Shown piece by piece: positions 61,686 through 64,000 of a stretch of 64,000 bases of DNA. The stretch is from positions 12,176 to 76,175 of the forward strand of contig DATMNH010000060.1 of NCBI GenBank assembly GCA_035568975.1. The letters run 5' to 3'. Below the pieces are notes generated by a model. The model had not been told where the DNA came from. It made no database searches and was given only the letters and a program-made list of their open reading frames with translations. How positions within the stretch are numbered: the first letter of the stretch is position 1; every line of letters starts with the position of its first letter. A program made the position numbers and the translations under genes. The DNA is from Casimicrobiaceae bacterium. Lineage in GTDB: Bacteria > Pseudomonadota > Gammaproteobacteria > Burkholderiales > Casimicrobiaceae.

Positions 61686-62837
61686 ATGGAACGTTTCTTC
61701 GCGCCATGTCCGCGAGGCCTCGAAGGCGTGCTCGCCGCCGAGCTTGCCGATCTTGGCGCCAACGACGTCACTGCGACCGACGGGGGCGTCGCCTTCGGCG
61801 GGCCGATCGATCTCGCCTACCGCGCCAACCTCGAAAGCCGACTCGCCAGCCGTGTCCTGTGGCAGGTGGGTCACGGCGCCTATCGCGACGAGCAGGATAT
61901 CTACCAGCTCGCGCTCGATCTCGACTGGCCACAATGGTTTCGCGCCGACCGCAGCTTGCGCGTCGACGTCGCGGCGACGCGCTCGCCGCTGACCAGCCTC
62001 GAGTTCGCGACGCTGCGGATCAAGGATGCGGTGTGCGACAGGCATCGGGCGGGCGGCGGCGTCAGGCCGAGCGTCAGCAAAGATCAGCCGGACGTGCGGG
62101 TGCACGCGTATCTCACCGCCGGCGAGGCAACGTTCTATCTCGACACATCGGGCGAGCCGTTGTTCAAGCGCGGCTATCGCCGGCAGACGGCGGAGGCACC
62201 GCTGCGCGAGAACCTCGCCGCGGGCCTGTTGCGTCTTGCCCAGTGGCACGTCGGCACTCCTTTGCTCGATCCGTTGTGCGGCAGCGGAACCATCGCCATC
62301 GAGGCGGCGCTGATCGCATTGGACATCGCTCCCGGATTGAAGCGGACGTTCGGCTTTCAGAAACTAGCTTGGTACGATGGCTCCGCGTGGCAGAAGATCA
62401 AGCAGGCGGCCCAGCGCCGCGCGCGGCCTGCCGCGCCCGAGAATATCCATGCTAGAGATGTCGACGTCGCCGCCCTTCGCCAGTGCCACCTGAATATCGA
62501 AGCTGCCGGAGTCGCCGGCGCGATCGTCCTTGAGCAAATCGACGCGCTGGCCGGCACCGCGCCCGCGAGCGAAGGCGTGATCGTCACCAATCCTCCGTAC
62601 GGCGTTCGACTCGCCGGCTCCAATGCGCTGGCGGATTTTTACCCGCGGCTTGGCGACGCGTTCAAGCAACGCTTCGCGGGCTGGACCGCGTACCTGTTGA
62701 GCGGCGACACGCGACTGCCCAAACTGATAGGGCTCAAGGCGAGCCGGCGCACGCCGCTCTTCAACGGCGCCCTCGAATGCCGTCTCTACGAGTACCGTCT
62801 GGTCGCAGGCTCGATGCGGCAGCCACGACCGTCTTAG
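61686..62837 (+). CDS. THUMP-domain class I SAM-dependent RNA methyltransferase (RlmL-N/m2G-type)
   Basis: FFAPCPRGLEGVLAAEL, LESRLASRVL, LDPLCGSGTIAIEAA, IVTNPPYGVRL (NPPY motif). Confidence 0.8.
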   Translation: MERFFAPCPRGLEGVLAAELADLGANDVTATDGGVAFGGPIDLAYRANLESRLASRVLWQVGHGAYRDEQDIYQLALDLDWPQWFRADRSLRVDVAATRSPLTSLEFATLRIKDAVCDRHRAGGGVRPSVSKDQPDVRVHAYLTAGEATFYLDTSGEPLFKRGYRRQTAEAPLRENLAAGLLRLAQWHVGTPLLDPLCGSGTIAIEAALIALDIAPGLKRTFGFQKLAWYDGSAWQKIKQAAQRRARPAAPENIHARDVDVAALRQCHLNIEAAGVAGAIVLEQIDALAGTAPASEGVIVTNPPYGVRLAGSNALADFYPRLGDAFKQRFAGWTAYLLSGDTRLPKLIGLKASRRTPLFNGALECRLYEYRLVAGSMRQPRPS

Positions 62838-62854
62838 AAACGGGCGATGATAGA

Positions 62855-63100
62855 ATGGCATCATCCAGACTTTCATCCTCCTCGCGAAGTCACGCCATGA
62901 TGCTCCCCAGCCGCCACTATGAATCCGAACACACCCGCTTTATCCGCGAGTTGTTGCGGGAACGGCCGGACCTCGTCGAGAAGCAGCGCGAGGCACGCGC
63001 GATCTGGTGGGACAAGCCCCCGCGCGAGCTCGCCGAGGAACGCACCATGGATCAGGGCCGCGTGCCGATGTCGCCGTACGTCTACGACAGCGATTCCTAG
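62855..63100 (+). CDS. DUF3460-like small protein
   Basis: YESEHTRFIRELLRERPDLVEKQREARAIWWDK matches my recollection of DUF3460. Start is ATG 62855 or 62897. Confidence 0.55.
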   Translation: MASSRLSSSSRSHAMMLPSRHYESEHTRFIRELLRERPDLVEKQREARAIWWDKPPRELAEERTMDQGRVPMSPYVYDSDS

Positions 63101-63123
63101 CTCTTAGTCGCTTCCGGCGGCCT

Positions 63124-63858
63124 CTATCGGGCCACGTCCGGTGACCCGGCATCGGGCACAAGTCGCTTCGCATGCCCATAGATGAAATAGTTCGCCGTCC
63201 GTTGCAGCACCGCGGACCATCCAAGTTCGCCGAGGCGCGCTGCCAGCACCGCCGGCTCGTAGAAGAGCTTGACGATACGAAACTCGCGGCCGTCATTCAA
63301 CTTGCGCGCGACAATCCCGGCATCCTGTTCCGCCAGTACGTGGTCGCGCGCGGTCGACGTGCGATCGAACGCGGAATCGATGAGGTACGCCGCGCCGTCA
63401 GGATTCAGCGCGGCCGCGACCGTCTTCCAGAATGCCTCGAAACGATCCTGTGGAACGTGCGACAGCCAGAAGCTGAAAAATACTGCGTCGTAGCGCTGCG
63501 GAGGCGTCCACGAAAAAAGGTCGGCCTCGACGTATTCGACATTATCGACCGCGACCCGCGCGCGATTGATCGCCAGCACTTCGGGCGACGCATCGACTGC
63601 GGTCAGGTGTTCGACACGGGGTGCGAGATGCCGCGTGAAAAGGCCCGTGCCGCAGGCAAGCTCGAGCACCTTGCGCGGTCGCCGGGCCGCAAGCCACGTT
63701 TCGAGCGCAGCGTCGACCGCTGCGGTATCGGCGTGCCAGCGCGCGTTCTGTTCGGGGCCTCGGTCGTAGCGGCCGGTGCGGAACCACCACTGGTCGTACT
63801 CGCCGGCACGTGCGCGGTAGTAGGCGATCTGGTCCGCAAGTATTTCGCCTGCCGTCAT
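63124..63858 (-). CDS. class I SAM-dependent methyltransferase
   Basis: VLELACGTGLFT (motif I), AVDASPEVL, VFFSFWLSHV, LNPDGAAYLID. Alternative starts at 63876 or 63909. Confidence 0.75.
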   Translation of the reverse strand: MTAGEILADQIAYYRARAGEYDQWWFRTGRYDRGPEQNARWHADTAAVDAALETWLAARRPRKVLELACGTGLFTRHLAPRVEHLTAVDASPEVLAINRARVAVDNVEYVEADLFSWTPPQRYDAVFFSFWLSHVPQDRFEAFWKTVAAALNPDGAAYLIDSAFDRTSTARDHVLAEQDAGIVARKLNDGREFRIVKLFYEPAVLAARLGELGWSAVLQRTANYFIYGHAKRLVPDAGSPDVAR

Positions 63859-64000
63859 ACCGCGATGATAAGGCATGGCGCGAGCGCTCGCCAAAGGGCA
63901 GATCTGCAACTCCCTGACGCCTCTAACTCACTGCCACGAGAAACGCCAACTGCGCTAGTGCCCATAGAGTGAGTATGACAAACGGATTGCGCGGCGACCA

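Overview
High-GC chromosomal segment, roughly 60-70% GC by eye. The Bug/TctC-type binding protein, the conserved yggS-proC-yggT-yggU/pilTU block and the REP-like repeats suggest a betaproteobacterium, probably Burkholderiales-like; this is inference. Coding density is high and most genes are recognisable housekeeping or metabolic genes.

Gene order:
- 1-16.7 kb: a complete alpha-glucan/trehalose supercluster: glgB (partial), glgE, treS-maltokinase fusion, a TM-helix-repeat membrane protein, glgX, treZ, and an in-frame malQ-treY fusion.
- 17.7-28.7 kb: an outer-membrane/metal-acquisition region that looks accessory. It holds two TonB-dependent receptors flanking a COX15/CtaA-like heme A synthase paralog and a small DUF2946-like CxxC protein. 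These are followed by a TauD dioxygenase, a second DUF2946-like protein, a coiled-coil porin, and a ZnuA/ZnuB-like pair with no ATPase.
- 28.7-31.3 kb: a MoxR ATPase - GNAT - VWA(CoxE-like) operon.
- 31.5-32.6 kb: azlCD.
- 32.7-38.5 kb: a sugar-oxidation cluster (SDR, HpcH aldolase, aldose epimerase, SMP-30 lactonase, GH31 alpha-xylosidase-like).
- 38.5-49.3 kb: pdxA-rsmA, yggU-yggT-proC-yggS, pilT-pilU, DUF971-ubiE-ubiJ-(DUF2721)-ubiB.
- 49.5-64 kb: a BON protein, potABCD plus two GNATs and a VanZ protein, and a ferredoxin - hydrolase - nodI-like ABC ATPase chain. The nodJ-like permease partner is displaced 2.4 kb by an inserted amidohydrolase + Bug gene pair. Then come hemJ, a THUMP methyltransferase, DUF3460 and a SAM methyltransferase.

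I found no rRNA, tRNA, CRISPR, IS, integrase or phage genes. A roughly 75-90 bp bipartite palindromic REP/MITE-like element occurs four times in intergenic regions.

I see no clear-cut novel defence or mobile system. The best candidates for something undescribed are the TBDR-COX15-DUF2946-TBDR module and the ATPase-less porin-ZnuA-ZnuB module. Both calls rest on gene context only.
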